53,069 nucleotides of DNA from Gemmatimonadota bacterium (GCA_036679645.1 JAZDCY010000053.1:1-53069); one strand, 5' to 3'; shown: positions 6,839 to 17,248, counted from the first letter of the stretch. Notes: generated by a model from the letters alone, not told the origin. Numbers and translations: made by a program.

Positions 6839-7579
6839 ATGAGCCAGACCAATTCCGCGTTGATCACGCTACAGGGTGTTTCGAAGATCTTCTACACGGA
6901 CGAACTGGAGACGCACGCCCTGTCCAACATCGACTTGGAGATTCACGAGAACGAGTACCTGGCCATTGCGGGTCCGTCGGGATGTGGCAAGACGACTCTG
7001 TTGTCCCTGCTGGGCCTGCTCGACACGCCGACATCCGGCACCTACACGCTGGGTGGGCACGATGTCTCGCGGCTGTCCGGTGGGGATCGCGCGGCGGTAC
7101 GGAACCAGCAAGTCGGCTTCATCTTCCAGGCGTTCAATCTCATCGGCGACCTCACGGTGGCCGAGAATGTCGAGCTACCGCTCACGTATCGGGACATCGC
7201 GGCTGCCGAACGGCGCGAGCGGGTGGCGCAGGCGCTCGAGCGCGTGGAGATGGCGCACCGGACCAAACACTACCCATCACAGCTCTCCGGCGGACAGCAA
7301 CAACGTGTAGCCGTTGCGCGCGCCATTGCCGGACGGCCCCTCATTCTCCTGGCCGACGAACCTACGGGCAACCTGGATTCCAAGAACGGCGAAGCGGTGA
7401 TGCAGCTGCTCGACGAACTGCACCGTGATGGGGCCACGGTTTGCGTGGTGACGCACGACGCGCGCTATGCCGAACACGCGCAGCGGGCGGTTCACCTGTT
7501 CGACGGCGAGATCGTGAACGAAGAGAATGGACGCGCCGCGGAACTCCGCGAGCGCGGCGTTGCCGTGGCGAGCGCGTGA
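6839..7579 (+). CDS. ABC transporter ATP-binding protein (MacB/LolD-like)
   Basis: Walker [17 protein letters not shown], Walker [17 protein letters not shown]. Confidence 0.97.
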   Translation: MSQTNSALITLQGVSKIFYTDELETHALSNIDLEIHENEYLAIAGPSGCGKTTLLSLLGLLDTPTSGTYTLGGHDVSRLSGGDRAAVRNQQVGFIFQAFNLIGDLTVAENVELPLTYRDIAAAERRERVAQALERVEMAHRTKHYPSQLSGGQQQRVAVARAIAGRPLILLADEPTGNLDSKNGEAVMQLLDELHRDGATVCVVTHDARYAEHAQRAVHLFDGEIVNEENGRAAELRERGVAVASA

Positions 7580-7586
7580 GGCGGCC

Positions 7587-9989
7587 ATGACCACCTTCGT
7601 GCAAGATTTTCGCTACAGTCTGAGAAAGCTCACAAAGCAGCCGGGAGTGACGGCGATCTCGGTGCTCGCGTTGACGCTGGGAATTGGGCTCACCACGACA
7701 ATGTTCAGCATCGTGTACGGCGCGTTGCACCGAGGCCTGCCCTTTTCCGAACCGCACCGCATCATGCACCTCGAGCGCAATAACCTTGCCGAGGACATCC
7801 AGAGCATGGAGGTGACGGTCCACGACTACTACGACTGGCGTGAGCAGCAGACCAGCTTCAACGATCTCGCCGCTTTCTACTCGGGCACGACGAATCTCAG
7901 CGGTTCGGAGGGGCGTCCGGAACGGTTCGACGGTGCCTTCATGACCGACAACGCGTTTAGCGTACTGGGTGTGCAACCGTTCTTGGGCCGTGCGTTCCAG
8001 GAGGGGGATGACGATCCTGGTGCTGCAGCGGTGGTGGTACTGGGGTACGACGCCTGGCAGAACCGCTTTGGCGGCGACACGGACGTGCTTGGGCGCACCG
8101 TGCGGCTCAACAGTGAGCCCACCACCGTCATCGGTGTCATGCCCGAAGGCTTTCGGTTCCCCATTTCCGAAGATCTGTGGCTGCCCATGAAGCAGGATCC
8201 GCTGGAATTGGAACGCGGAACGGGGATCACGCTCGAGGTCTACGGTAGACTGAACGACGGCGTGTCGATGGACGAGGCGGCGGTCGAGTTCGCGACTATT
8301 GCCAAGCGGCTCGAGATGGAATACCCGGAGACCAACGAAGGCGTCGGCTCCGTCATCAAGCCATATACCAAGGAATACATCGGCGACGAAGTGACGGCAC
8401 TGCTCTACACGATGCTCGCGGCCGTCTTTCTCGTGCTGCTGATCGCATGCACGAACGTGGCTAACCTGCTGCTCGCGCGCGCCATTCAACGCAGCAAGGA
8501 AGTTGCTATCCGAGCCTCCCTGGGCGCCACGCGTTTCAGGATCATCATGCAGTTCCTGACGGAGACATTGGTTGTGGCCATGGTGGGGGCGGTGCTCGGC
8601 CTGGGGATCGCGTGGACCGGTGTGCGGCTGTTCAACAATGCGATCGCGGACACGCAGCCCCCGTTCTGGATCGACATCAAGATCGATGGGATCATCGTGC
8701 TCTTCGTGGTGGGGCTCACGGTCATCACAACAATCGTTGCGGGCGTACTGCCGGCGTTGCGGGCGTCCGGCGCCAACGTGAACGAAGTACTGAAGGATGA
8801 GTCTCGTGGGTCCTCGTCGCTGCGCATCGGGAAGCTGAGCAAGGCGCTCGTCACGGCGGAGATCGCGCTGTCGTGTGGTCTGTTGGTTGGCGCAGGGCTC
8901 ATGGCGAAGAGCGTCGTCCAGTTGCGCACGTTCGACTACCCGTTCGAGGCAAACCTGTACACGGCGCGGCTTGGCCTCTTCAAGGGGGATTATCCGGATC
9001 AGGCAAGTCGGACGCAGTTTTTCGAGGAGCTGCGGATGCGGTTGGGTGGCCTGGCCGGCGTCGAGGCGGCTGCTTTGGGCACGGCTCTGCCTGGTCTGGG
9101 CTCCGGCGGCGTCCGCTTCGCGCTCGAGGGCGATGCCTACGAGCGGGATCAGGACTACCCCACCGCGCGATGGGCGGCTGTCACGCCGGGGTATTTCGAC
9201 GCATTTGGCGTCGAGTTGAGCCAGGGCCGCGATTTTGGCGTGCAGGACGCGCAAGACAACCTGCCGGTCGCGATCGTCAACCAGAGCTTCGCGGAGAGCC
9301 CACTAGGGCGGCGCATTCGGCAGGGCACCAGTGACACCGTGGCGTGGATGACGATCATCGGTATCGCGCCAGACATGATGATGGATGGTCTCGATAATGA
9401 CGACCCAGAACCCGAAGGCATTTACGTTGCCGTGGCGCAGAACGACCTGCGTTTCATGAGCCTCGCCGTTCGTGCAACGGCGGCGCCTATGGCGTTGGCC
9501 GGTGCAATTCGCACCGCGGTCAACACGATCGATGCAGATCTTCCCCTCTACTGGGTCGATACGCTCGACGGCAGGGTAGGTCAGGCGTACTGGTTCTACA
9601 ACGTGTTCGGTGTCCTCTTCATGGTCTTCGGCGGAGCGGCGCTCTTCCTTGCGGCCGTTGGGCTGTACGGTGTGATGTCGTTTTCGGTCAGCCGTCGGAC
9701 GCAGGAGATTGGCATCCGCATGGCGTTGGGGGCCGACGACCGCGATGTCGTTGGCTTGATCATGAAACAAGGACTCTGGCAGCTCGGTATCGGGCTCACA
9801 CTCGGCCTCGGCGTGGCGGCCTTGCTCTCGCGAGGGCTGGAGATCGTCCTCTTTCAGGTCGAGCCGTGGGATCCGATGATCTTCGTGGTGATCTCCGGTG
9901 TGCTATTGCTCGTCGGCCTTGCCGCGAACTTCATCCCGGCGAAACGAGCGACACGAGTCGACCCGGTAGTGGCATTGCGCTACGAGTAG
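7587..9989 (+). CDS. ABC permease, duplicated MacB/FtsX (ADOP type)
   Basis: QDFRYSLRKL, LLIACTNVANLLLAR, RTQEIGIRMALGA, C-terminal DPVVALRYE. Confidence 0.95.
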   Translation: MTTFVQDFRYSLRKLTKQPGVTAISVLALTLGIGLTTTMFSIVYGALHRGLPFSEPHRIMHLERNNLAEDIQSMEVTVHDYYDWREQQTSFNDLAAFYSGTTNLSGSEGRPERFDGAFMTDNAFSVLGVQPFLGRAFQEGDDDPGAAAVVVLGYDAWQNRFGGDTDVLGRTVRLNSEPTTVIGVMPEGFRFPISEDLWLPMKQDPLELERGTGITLEVYGRLNDGVSMDEAAVEFATIAKRLEMEYPETNEGVGSVIKPYTKEYIGDEVTALLYTMLAAVFLVLLIACTNVANLLLARAIQRSKEVAIRASLGATRFRIIMQFLTETLVVAMVGAVLGLGIAWTGVRLFNNAIADTQPPFWIDIKIDGIIVLFVVGLTVITTIVAGVLPALRASGANVNEVLKDESRGSSSLRIGKLSKALVTAEIALSCGLLVGAGLMAKSVVQLRTFDYPFEANLYTARLGLFKGDYPDQASRTQFFEELRMRLGGLAGVEAAALGTALPGLGSGGVRFALEGDAYERDQDYPTARWAAVTPGYFDAFGVELSQGRDFGVQDAQDNLPVAIVNQSFAESPLGRRIRQGTSDTVAWMTIIGIAPDMMMDGLDNDDPEPEGIYVAVAQNDLRFMSLAVRATAAPMALAGAIRTAVNTIDADLPLYWVDTLDGRVGQAYWFYNVFGVLFMVFGGAALFLAAVGLYGVMSFSVSRRTQEIGIRMALGADDRDVVGLIMKQGLWQLGIGLTLGLGVAALLSRGLEIVLFQVEPWDPMIFVVISGVLLLVGLAANFIPAKRATRVDPVVALRYE

Positions 9990-9992
9990 GAA

Positions 9993-10058
9993 GTGCGCTG
10001 TGAGCGGTGCGCGTGGCTCGTCGATAGACCCGCGCGCCGCTCACGGCTCACCGCGCAC
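9993..10058. repeat. Inverted array of GTG(A/C)GCN heptamers (hairpin between convergent genes)
   Basis: GTGAGCGGTGCGCG (10000-10013) pairs with CGCGCGCCGCTCAC (10031-10044). Confidence 0.75.
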
Positions 10059-10067
10059 ACCAACAGT

Positions 10068-10123
10068 CTGAGCACCTGAGCACCTGAGCACCTGAGCGTC
10101 TGAGCACCTGTGCTTCTGTGCAA
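10068..10123 (+). repeat. Octamer tandem repeat, CTGAGCAC-like x7
   Basis: CTGAGCAC x3, CTGAGCGT, CTGAGCAC, CTGTGCTT, CTGTGCAA. Confidence 0.92.
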
Positions 10124-10124
10124 T

Positions 10125-11654
10125 CTAGAGAGGTAGTCTCCCACCAAAAGCATAGCGCAGCGTGAATGTCCCCACGAATCGCGTACGTGTTTGGCCCTCA
10201 ATGTGGTCCGCGTTGAAGATCCGATGGACCCCGACGTCGACGAGCGCCGTCGCGTCGAGTGGCAAGTGCAGCGTTGACTGCAGCGCCAATCTCCAGGTAC
10301 GCTCGATTACACCGTCGAAGATGGTCTGTACACCAGCCACTTGGTCGCGCGGCGGGAACGGAAGACGCAGATCTCCCTCTCCCTGGCGAAGGAATGTCAA
10401 TTCGGGGGCCACCAGCAGATTGGGGAGGGGCATGAATCGGATTCGGAGCGAGGCTTGATCGTAGTCAGAGAAGGATCGTGCCAATCCTGTACCGATGCGG
10501 TTCCGGCCGGGAAATACTGCAACGAGCGGCGCTTCATCGGGGGCCGTGGTGCGGTACATGAGATTGGAAACGATCGAATAGCCAATCCAGGCAGTTGTCG
10601 GGCCGACAGGGAACGACATGGTGGCTGTGAGCGCAAATGACGTTGGTTCTTCGTTCTTCGCCGGTGTATTGAAGAGCTGGATGTCGTCAATCGTTAGAGA
10701 TCCCGACAAGCGGACCCGGCCGGCTCGAATCTCGCCGTCTCCACCCACCCACACGTTGCTTACTGTTCGCTTCTCATCCCGTGTTTGGAAGTGCACACGG
10801 AACGGGTTGAGGTTCCATAACTCGAGGCTGCGCCCGGGACCGCTGATGATCTGGCCCTCCCAAATCGCGAGGCTGATCCAGTCCCACGGTGTTCCGGCGA
10901 GCCGATGAGCGACGAAGTAGCGTTCGGTCTCGATGCCGGCGTTGTTCGGGAGGTTGTCCAGCTGTGCCACGAGCATCGTGAGATAGACGCGAGGTGGCCC
11001 AATTCGGAAAAAGAAACTGTCGTAACTGAGTGGCCAAGGTGAAACGAGCAAGCCTGGCATACCCACGGGACCCCAATTACGCGACACTGCGCCGACGTCG
11101 ATGTCGAGGTACTCTGACCGGTATGCGGCGTACGCCTCGAGGAAGCGGACCTTGACCGGCCTGTCGATCCCGCCAAAGTCGGGATCGTGGTCGATGCCCT
11201 TATCCCACTGCGGATGCATCAGTATGAGGCCTGGACCGAATTGCATGGTTAAATTGGCGCCGAACTGTGGCTGCGTGCGTCCCGATCCTTCCTCGCGTAA
11301 GGCGAACGCTGCCCGGCGGGCATGCGTCGAGGTTCGTACCTGGACTTCCCCTTCGAGCGCTATGAAGCGTTCCGAGCTGTCGCTTCGAAACAGGTCCGCG
11401 AGCGTAGCGACACTTCGTCGTTCGGGCCCCGTGAGTTGCGCGGTGTCGACCCGTGCGAGCGCCGTAGCCACGGCACTCACCAGCCAGGGTCGCAGCATAG
11501 GGGACGGGTCCTGCAGTGCGCCCCGGTCAATCAGGTGTTCCAGCAGCGGTGTTGCCCAATGCTCGATCGGGAGATAGCTGTGACCAGGGTATCGCTGCGC
11601 GTGGAGTGGTGCGGCAAGAACCAGCAGCAAAGACAAGCTGGGTAGTGATCGCAT
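10125..11654 (-). CDS. Outer-membrane beta-barrel protein, capsule assembly Wzi-like
   Basis: Signal peptide (APLHA-Q), RPW motif, EAY...RNWGP...GLLVS, RYFVAHRL, alternating beta-strand pattern. Confidence 0.65.
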   Translation of the reverse strand: MRSLPSLSLLLVLAAPLHAQRYPGHSYLPIEHWATPLLEHLIDRGALQDPSPMLRPWLVSAVATALARVDTAQLTGPERRSVATLADLFRSDSSERFIALEGEVQVRTSTHARRAAFALREEGSGRTQPQFGANLTMQFGPGLILMHPQWDKGIDHDPDFGGIDRPVKVRFLEAYAAYRSEYLDIDVGAVSRNWGPVGMPGLLVSPWPLSYDSFFFRIGPPRVYLTMLVAQLDNLPNNAGIETERYFVAHRLAGTPWDWISLAIWEGQIISGPGRSLELWNLNPFRVHFQTRDEKRTVSNVWVGGDGEIRAGRVRLSGSLTIDDIQLFNTPAKNEEPTSFALTATMSFPVGPTTAWIGYSIVSNLMYRTTAPDEAPLVAVFPGRNRIGTGLARSFSDYDQASLRIRFMPLPNLLVAPELTFLRQGEGDLRLPFPPRDQVAGVQTIFDGVIERTWRLALQSTLHLPLDATALVDVGVHRIFNADHIEGQTRTRFVGTFTLRYAFGGRLPL

Positions 11655-11750
11655 GGGCGCAATCTCTACCGTCGAACGTCAAAAGAGCAAGCATGCTTCA
11701 TTGGTAACGGGAGCAGTTCGCTATGCCAGGCTTACAAGGATGAGGAATCG

Positions 11751-12752
11751 ATGGCGAGATTGTCGGTAGAAGCACGTCGTGGTCAACATGTTGAGTCGAC
11801 TCACGAGATCGCGGTAGCTATAGCCAATCACGGCGGGCGCCGGATCGCGTTCTGTGGAAATCCCGACCGCCCGACGTTCTTCCGCTCCGCGACCAAGCCG
11901 TTCCAGGCCCTTCCGCTCGTCGCGGACGGTGCGGCCGATGGGTTCGCGCTCTCAGACGCAGAGCTTGCCCTGGCGTGTGCCTCGCACAGCTCGGAGGTTC
12001 ATCAGGTCGAGTTGGTGCGGCAGTGGCTCGGGCGGATCGGGTGTAAGGAGTCGGATCTGGTCTGCGGGCCGCACCGCCCGCTCTCGCTCGATCTCACCAT
12101 GCGTCCGCCCGGCGACCCGGGCCCGAGCGATACTCGCCCGCGCGGAGGCGTGTTTAGCAACTGTTCCGGCAAGCACGTGGGGATGCTCACCCTCGCGTTA
12201 CACCACGGCTGGTCCATTGAAGGGTACGAGCAGGTCGATCATCCGGTGCAGCGCAGGTGCAAGGAAGAGGTGTCGCGCTGGACCGGCACGCCGATCGACC
12301 AGATCGGTGAGGCGGTGGATGGATGCGGCGTCGTCTGCTTCCAAACCCCGCTCGACGCGATGGCGGCGGGGTTTGCGCGGCTCGGCGTTTCGGATCAGCA
12401 CTCCGCAGTGCGCGTGCGACGCGCCATGATGGCTCATCCGGAGTTGGTCGCGGGTCAGCATCGGTTGTGTACCGCGCTGATGCAGGCGTACCCAAGCGGA
12501 ATCATCGCGAAGGTTGGCGCGGCCGGTGTCTATGGTGTGGCACTACCGAAGCGTGGGCTGGGCATAGCCCTCAAGGTCGAGGATGGGGACGCGCGCGCGG
12601 CCATGGTCGCTCTGCTGGCCGTGCTCGAGGCCCTCGACCTCGACCCCCGGCCGAGCGATGTGCTCCCACGCTTTGCCACGATCCCGGTCCACAATACGCG
12701 AGCCGAGCAAGTGGGCGAGATACGGGCGACGGGTGCCCTGACGTTCGCATGA
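11751..12752 (+). CDS. L-asparaginase, Rhizobium etli type (class 3)
   Basis: RSATKPFQA, ACASHS, NCSGKH, DGCG, KVGAAGV, KVEDG. Confidence 0.92.
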   Translation: MARLSVEARRGQHVESTHEIAVAIANHGGRRIAFCGNPDRPTFFRSATKPFQALPLVADGAADGFALSDAELALACASHSSEVHQVELVRQWLGRIGCKESDLVCGPHRPLSLDLTMRPPGDPGPSDTRPRGGVFSNCSGKHVGMLTLALHHGWSIEGYEQVDHPVQRRCKEEVSRWTGTPIDQIGEAVDGCGVVCFQTPLDAMAAGFARLGVSDQHSAVRVRRAMMAHPELVAGQHRLCTALMQAYPSGIIAKVGAAGVYGVALPKRGLGIALKVEDGDARAAMVALLAVLEALDLDPRPSDVLPRFATIPVHNTRAEQVGEIRATGALTFA

Positions 12753-12889
12753 TACGCGCGGCGCTAGATTGATCCCGTGTTTTCCGTAACCGTGCCGTAC
12801 CGTTGGGCATGCGCGCCCCAATGCCCCTGCCCGGTCTTGCCAACGCCGCGCCCATCACGTGGCGGGACAGGGCCCGGAGCTGGTCGGCC

Positions 12890-13903
12890 ATGAAGTTCAT
12901 CGATCAGACAACCGTGCGCGTCGTGGCCGGTAGCGGCGGGTCGGGGTGTAGTTCGTTCCGCCGCGAGTCGTTTGTCCCCAAGGGTGGGCCCGATGGCGGA
13001 GATGGCGGTCGTGGCGGCAGCATCTTCGTCCAGGGGGACGGGCAGCTCTCGACACTGCTGGACTACCGCTATCGCTCCGTGTGGAAAGCGAATCGTGGAC
13101 AGCACGGCATGGGGTCGAACAAGACGGGCAAGTCGGCGAAGGATATCTATCTTCCCGTGCCGCCCGGTACCGTCATTCGCAATGCGGACTCTGCCGAGCT
13201 GATCGGTGAGATCCTCGAGCCCGGTGACGTCGTGCGCGTGGCCAAGGGTGGGCGAGGTGGCCGGGGAAACGCCCGCTTTGCGACGCCGACGCATCAGGCG
13301 CCCCGCGAGTGGGAACCGGGTGAAGAGGGTGAGGAACGACGTATCGAGCTCGAACTCAAGCTCATCGCAGACGTAGGACTGCTCGGCCAACCGAACGCGG
13401 GCAAGAGCACGCTGCTCTCGGTCCTCTCGGCCGCACGGCCCAAGATCGCGGAATACCCCTTCACTACGCTCACGCCCCAACTCGGTGTGGTCGGGTTGGG
13501 TACCGGACGGTCGTTTGTTCTGGCGGATATCCCGGGGATCATCGAGGGTGCCCACGAAGGACGAGGGTTGGGAGATCGTTTCCTGCGTCACGTTGAGCGC
13601 ACGAAGACGCTCGCGTATCTCATTCCCCTGGACAGCGAAGACGTTCAGGCCGTGTACGACCTGCTGCGCAGCGAGGCTGAGGCATACAGTCCACTGCTCG
13701 CCGTGAAGCCTCACGTGGTCGTGTTCACCAAACAGGATCTCCTCTCGCCAGACGAGCCGCCACCGACGTTGGTAGCTCCCGACGCGCAAGATATCCTGCA
13801 CATCTCGTCGGTCGCGCATCTCGGGATCGATGGGTTGAAGGAGCGGTTGTGGGCACTCGTAAGGGCGCATTCCGCCCCATCGCCTGACATGCCGCTTCCC
13901 TAG
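12890..13903 (+). CDS. obgE: GTPase ObgE/CgtA
   Basis: Gly-rich Obg domain, G1 GQPNAGKST, YPFTTL, DIPG. Confidence 0.97.
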   Translation: MKFIDQTTVRVVAGSGGSGCSSFRRESFVPKGGPDGGDGGRGGSIFVQGDGQLSTLLDYRYRSVWKANRGQHGMGSNKTGKSAKDIYLPVPPGTVIRNADSAELIGEILEPGDVVRVAKGGRGGRGNARFATPTHQAPREWEPGEEGEERRIELELKLIADVGLLGQPNAGKSTLLSVLSAARPKIAEYPFTTLTPQLGVVGLGTGRSFVLADIPGIIEGAHEGRGLGDRFLRHVERTKTLAYLIPLDSEDVQAVYDLLRSEAEAYSPLLAVKPHVVVFTKQDLLSPDEPPPTLVAPDAQDILHISSVAHLGIDGLKERLWALVRAHSAPSPDMPLP

Positions 13904-14992
13904 GTGCCAGACCCGGCGTACGTGGCGCTCGCGCTCACGCCCGGTATCGGGCGTGCCAGACTCGAGGCACTCCTCGCGACGTTCGGCGATGCCGGTCGGG
14001 TGCTGCGGGCGCGGCTAGACGATCTGGCCCAGGTGCCCGGCATGTCGGCCGGGGCGGCAACCGCCGTTTCCCGGTCCTCGAAGGAACAGGGCAGGGTCGC
14101 CATAGAGCGGGCAACGGCCCTTGGGGGAGATGTCCTCCTCCCAGCAGACGCCGCATTCCCCGGTGCGCTGCGTGATATTCCCAATGCACCAACGCTGCTA
14201 TTCGCGGCGGGCAAGCTCGAGTGCCTGCAACCCGCGGCGGTGGCCATCGTCGGAAGTCGCGCGCATTCGCGCTACGGTGCGGAGGTCTGCCGCCATCTCG
14301 CCGCGGGCGTGGCGCGGGCTGGGCTGACGGTCGTGAGTGGCATGGCGCGTGGGATCGATGCCCTGGCACACGGTGCGGCGCTCGATGCGGGCGGCCCAAC
14401 GATCGGCGTTCTTGGCAACGGGCTGGGGGTCATCTATCCATCGGCCAACCGCCTCCTGTACGAACGCGTCGCCGCGGAGGGTTGCCTGCTGACGGAGTTT
14501 CCGCCTGGGGAACGGCCGCACGCCGGGAGTTTCCCCAGGCGCAACCGCCTCATCAGTGGGCTGGCGCGCGTGACGTTGGTCGTGGAGGCGCGCGAGAAGT
14601 CCGGCGCGCTGATCACGGTGGACTGCGCGCTGCAACAGGGACGCGAGGTGATGGTGGTCCCCGGACCAATCACCAGTCCGGTCTCGAACGGATGCAACCG
14701 GCTCATCCAGCAAGGGGCAAAACCGGCACTCGGCCTACGCGACGTGTTGGAGGAATACGGCATGACCGTCAACGACGCGGTGGCGGTCAGTCTCCCAAGC
14801 GATCTATCTGACACGGAACGCAGCACACTTACGCTCTTTGATAGCGGAGATCGTCACATCGACGAGATCGCGGGCGACCTCGCCTGCGGTGTCGCCGAGG
14901 CGCTCGCCGTCCTCACTTCACTGGAAATCCGCGGCCTAGTCACCCAGCGACCCGGCAAGATCTTCCACCGCGCCGTGCCCGTGACCCTTTAG
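13904..14992 (+). CDS. dprA: DNA-processing protein DprA
   Basis: AIVGSR, VSGMARGID, FPRRNRLISGL, SGALIT, C-terminal winged helix. Confidence 0.96.
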   Translation: MPDPAYVALALTPGIGRARLEALLATFGDAGRVLRARLDDLAQVPGMSAGAATAVSRSSKEQGRVAIERATALGGDVLLPADAAFPGALRDIPNAPTLLFAAGKLECLQPAAVAIVGSRAHSRYGAEVCRHLAAGVARAGLTVVSGMARGIDALAHGAALDAGGPTIGVLGNGLGVIYPSANRLLYERVAAEGCLLTEFPPGERPHAGSFPRRNRLISGLARVTLVVEAREKSGALITVDCALQQGREVMVVPGPITSPVSNGCNRLIQQGAKPALGLRDVLEEYGMTVNDAVAVSLPSDLSDTERSTLTLFDSGDRHIDEIAGDLACGVAEALAVLTSLEIRGLVTQRPGKIFHRAVPVTL

Positions 14993-14999
14993 CGTCCCC

Positions 15000-15065
15000 C
15001 TGAGCAACTGAGCAACTGAGCAACTGAGCAACTGAGCAACTGTGCGTCTGAGCGTCTGAGCGTCT
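15000..15065 (+). repeat. Octamer tandem repeat CTGAGCAA x5, CTGTGCGT, CTGAGCGT x2
   Basis: Read directly; fills the dprA-hemW spacer. Confidence 0.95.
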
Positions 15066-15076
15066 AGCTTCTCCCC

Positions 15077-16189
15077 GTGCACATCTACATCCACGTCCCC
15101 TTCTGTCGCCGCCGCTGCTCGTATTGCGATTTCGCCATAGCCGTCCGCCGCGAGGTTCCCGGTCGGCAGTTCACCCAAACCGTGCTTCGCGAACTCGAGA
15201 TCAGGGGCCTACCCGATGCGTCGCCGGGAGCGGGGGTGGACACGCTCTATCTCGGGGGTGGTACACCGTCACTGCTCCCTCCAGATCAGCTCGCGCTCCT
15301 CATTGACGCCTTCGCCATCGCCCGCAGCGCCGAGGTGACGCTCGAGGTCAACCCGGACGACGTCACGCACGAGCACGCGAGCGCGTGGGTTGCCGCCGGC
15401 ATAAACCGGGTCTCGCTCGGCGCTCAGTCGTTTCAGGACCACGTGCTCGCCTGGATGCATCGCACGCACGACGGACGGGCGACGGACCGGGCCGTGGAGA
15501 TCTTGCGGTCCGCAGGGGTCGCCAACATTTCGCTCGATCTCATCTTTGGTCTTCCCACCGAGTTGCATCACGACTTCGCGGCGGACCTGGCACGGGTGCG
15601 GGCGCACGCGCCGGAGCACGTGTCCGTGTATGGGCTGAGCGTAGAGCCCCGCACACCGCTGGCGCGGTGGATCTCGCGGGGAAGAACCACCCCGGTCAAT
15701 GACGACCGCTACGCCACCCAGTTTCTTGAGGCTCACGATGCGCTCACCGGTGCGGGCTTCGAGCACTACGAGATCTCGAGCTTCGCAGCGGGCGCCAGGC
15801 ACCGGTCCCGCCACAACAGTGCGTATTGGGATGGATCGGCGTATCTGGGTGTGGGGCCCTCGGCGCACGGATTCATGGACAACCGTCGCCGCTGGAACGT
15901 CCCACATTGGGCCCAATACGTCCGCCTGGTGGAATCGGGGCAGGACCCCGTCGAGTCTGAAGAGGTGCTGACACGGGAGCAGCAGGACCTGGAGGCGGTC
16001 TACCTCGGGCTCCGCACATCCGCTGGGATTGCGGTCGAACAGACCCCCGGACGAGCCGGAGAAGGCCTTAGCAGAGCAGCCGAGGGGCTGATCCAGTGTC
16101 GTGACAACCGGTGGTGCGCCACTCCCGCAGGCTGGTTAGTGCTCGACACGCTCGTGGCCGGGTTGACCACCTCGGGCGAAGGTGGCTAA
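15077..16189 (+). CDS. hemW: Radical SAM heme chaperone HemW
   Basis: YIHVPFC-RRRC-SYC-DF, GGGTPS, YEISSF, HNSAYW; upstream of hrcA. Confidence 0.93.
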   Translation: MHIYIHVPFCRRRCSYCDFAIAVRREVPGRQFTQTVLRELEIRGLPDASPGAGVDTLYLGGGTPSLLPPDQLALLIDAFAIARSAEVTLEVNPDDVTHEHASAWVAAGINRVSLGAQSFQDHVLAWMHRTHDGRATDRAVEILRSAGVANISLDLIFGLPTELHHDFAADLARVRAHAPEHVSVYGLSVEPRTPLARWISRGRTTPVNDDRYATQFLEAHDALTGAGFEHYEISSFAAGARHRSRHNSAYWDGSAYLGVGPSAHGFMDNRRRWNVPHWAQYVRLVESGQDPVESEEVLTREQQDLEAVYLGLRTSAGIAVEQTPGRAGEGLSRAAEGLIQCRDNRWCATPAGWLVLDTLVAGLTTSGEGG

Positions 16190-16192
16190 TTT
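16163..16192 (+). promoter_or_regulatory. Putative hrcA promoter overlapped by a CIRCE-like 9-9-9 inverted repeat
   Basis: TTGACCACC-TCGGGCGAA-GGTGGCTAA; TTGACC-18-TAATTT. Confidence 0.55.
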
Positions 16193-16215
16193 ACTGTGAC
16201 TACAGAACTTGGGCC

Positions 16216-17247
16216 ATGTCTGATCAACTGAGCGAACGCGAGCGCAAGGTTCTCGAAGCCGTCATCCACACGTATATCGAGACCGCCGAACCGACCGGGT
16301 CCCGGACGATTGCCAAGCGCTATCCGCTGGGCATCTCGGCCGCGACGATCCGCAATACGATGAGCGATCTCGAGGAACGGGGGTTTCTCTACCATCCCCA
16401 CACCTCGGCGGGCAGGATTCCGACCGACAGGGCGTACCGTGCCTACGTGGACCGGCTCATGGTCCGCGACTCGCTCGTGCCCCAGGATCGGCAGGCGTTG
16501 ACTCGGGAGCTGCGCTCCGACTCTGGCGTGATCGAAGACCTCCTGCGCAAGGCAGCGGATGTTCTGGGGGTGCTCACGCGCGAACTGGGTGTTGCCGTGG
16601 CCCCGTCGTTCGATGCGGCAGTGCTCGAGCGGTTGGAATTGATGCAGGTCAGCGCCGATCGGCTCCTCATGGTGCTCGTCATCAGAGGTGGGCTGGCGCG
16701 CACCATCTATCTCGAGCTCGTGAATCAACTCCCGAGCGAGGCTATCGAGGGTGTGGCGTCGGTTCTGAACGAACGACTCTCCGGTCTGACGCTCCGTGAC
16801 ATCCGCACCACGGTCAAGGCTCGGTTGCGCGACACGGCGGCCGGCGCCGGCGACGTGCAACAATTGCTCAACATCTTCATCGAGGAGTCGGACAGCTTGT
16901 TCAATCCGCCCGGTGACGGACGAGACGTGGTGCTCGGAAGCGCACAGCTGTTAGCCGGCCAGCCCGAATTCGCGTCCAATACAGGCATGCGCACTCTGCT
17001 CGACCTCACGGAACGGCGTGACCGGCTGCGCGAGGCGTTGCAGACACGCGAGAGCGGTGTCACCGTCACGATCGGTGGAGAGAATACCGATCCATCGCTT
17101 TCTTCGTTCACGATCGTTACGGCGAGCTACCGGCAGGGCCTCCTGTCCGGCGTCATTGGAGTGATGGGCCCCACGCGGATGCCGTATCGCAAGGTGATGG
17201 CGCTCGTCGAGCACACCAGCCGTCTCGTCGAGGAGTTTGCCCACTAG
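16216..17247 (+). CDS. hrcA: Heat-inducible transcription repressor HrcA
   Basis: SAATIRNTMSDLEERGFLYHPHTSAGRIPT, GPTRMPY. Confidence 0.97.
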   Translation: MSDQLSERERKVLEAVIHTYIETAEPTGSRTIAKRYPLGISAATIRNTMSDLEERGFLYHPHTSAGRIPTDRAYRAYVDRLMVRDSLVPQDRQALTRELRSDSGVIEDLLRKAADVLGVLTRELGVAVAPSFDAAVLERLELMQVSADRLLMVLVIRGGLARTIYLELVNQLPSEAIEGVASVLNERLSGLTLRDIRTTVKARLRDTAAGAGDVQQLLNIFIEESDSLFNPPGDGRDVVLGSAQLLAGQPEFASNTGMRTLLDLTERRDRLREALQTRESGVTVTIGGENTDPSLSSFTIVTASYRQGLLSGVIGVMGPTRMPYRKVMALVEHTSRLVEEFAH

Positions 17248-17248
17248 C

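Noticed and set aside
7362..9254. 630-aa ORF on the minus strand
   Set aside because: Antisense shadow of the ABC permease. Long shadow ORFs are expected at this GC content, and it has no motifs.
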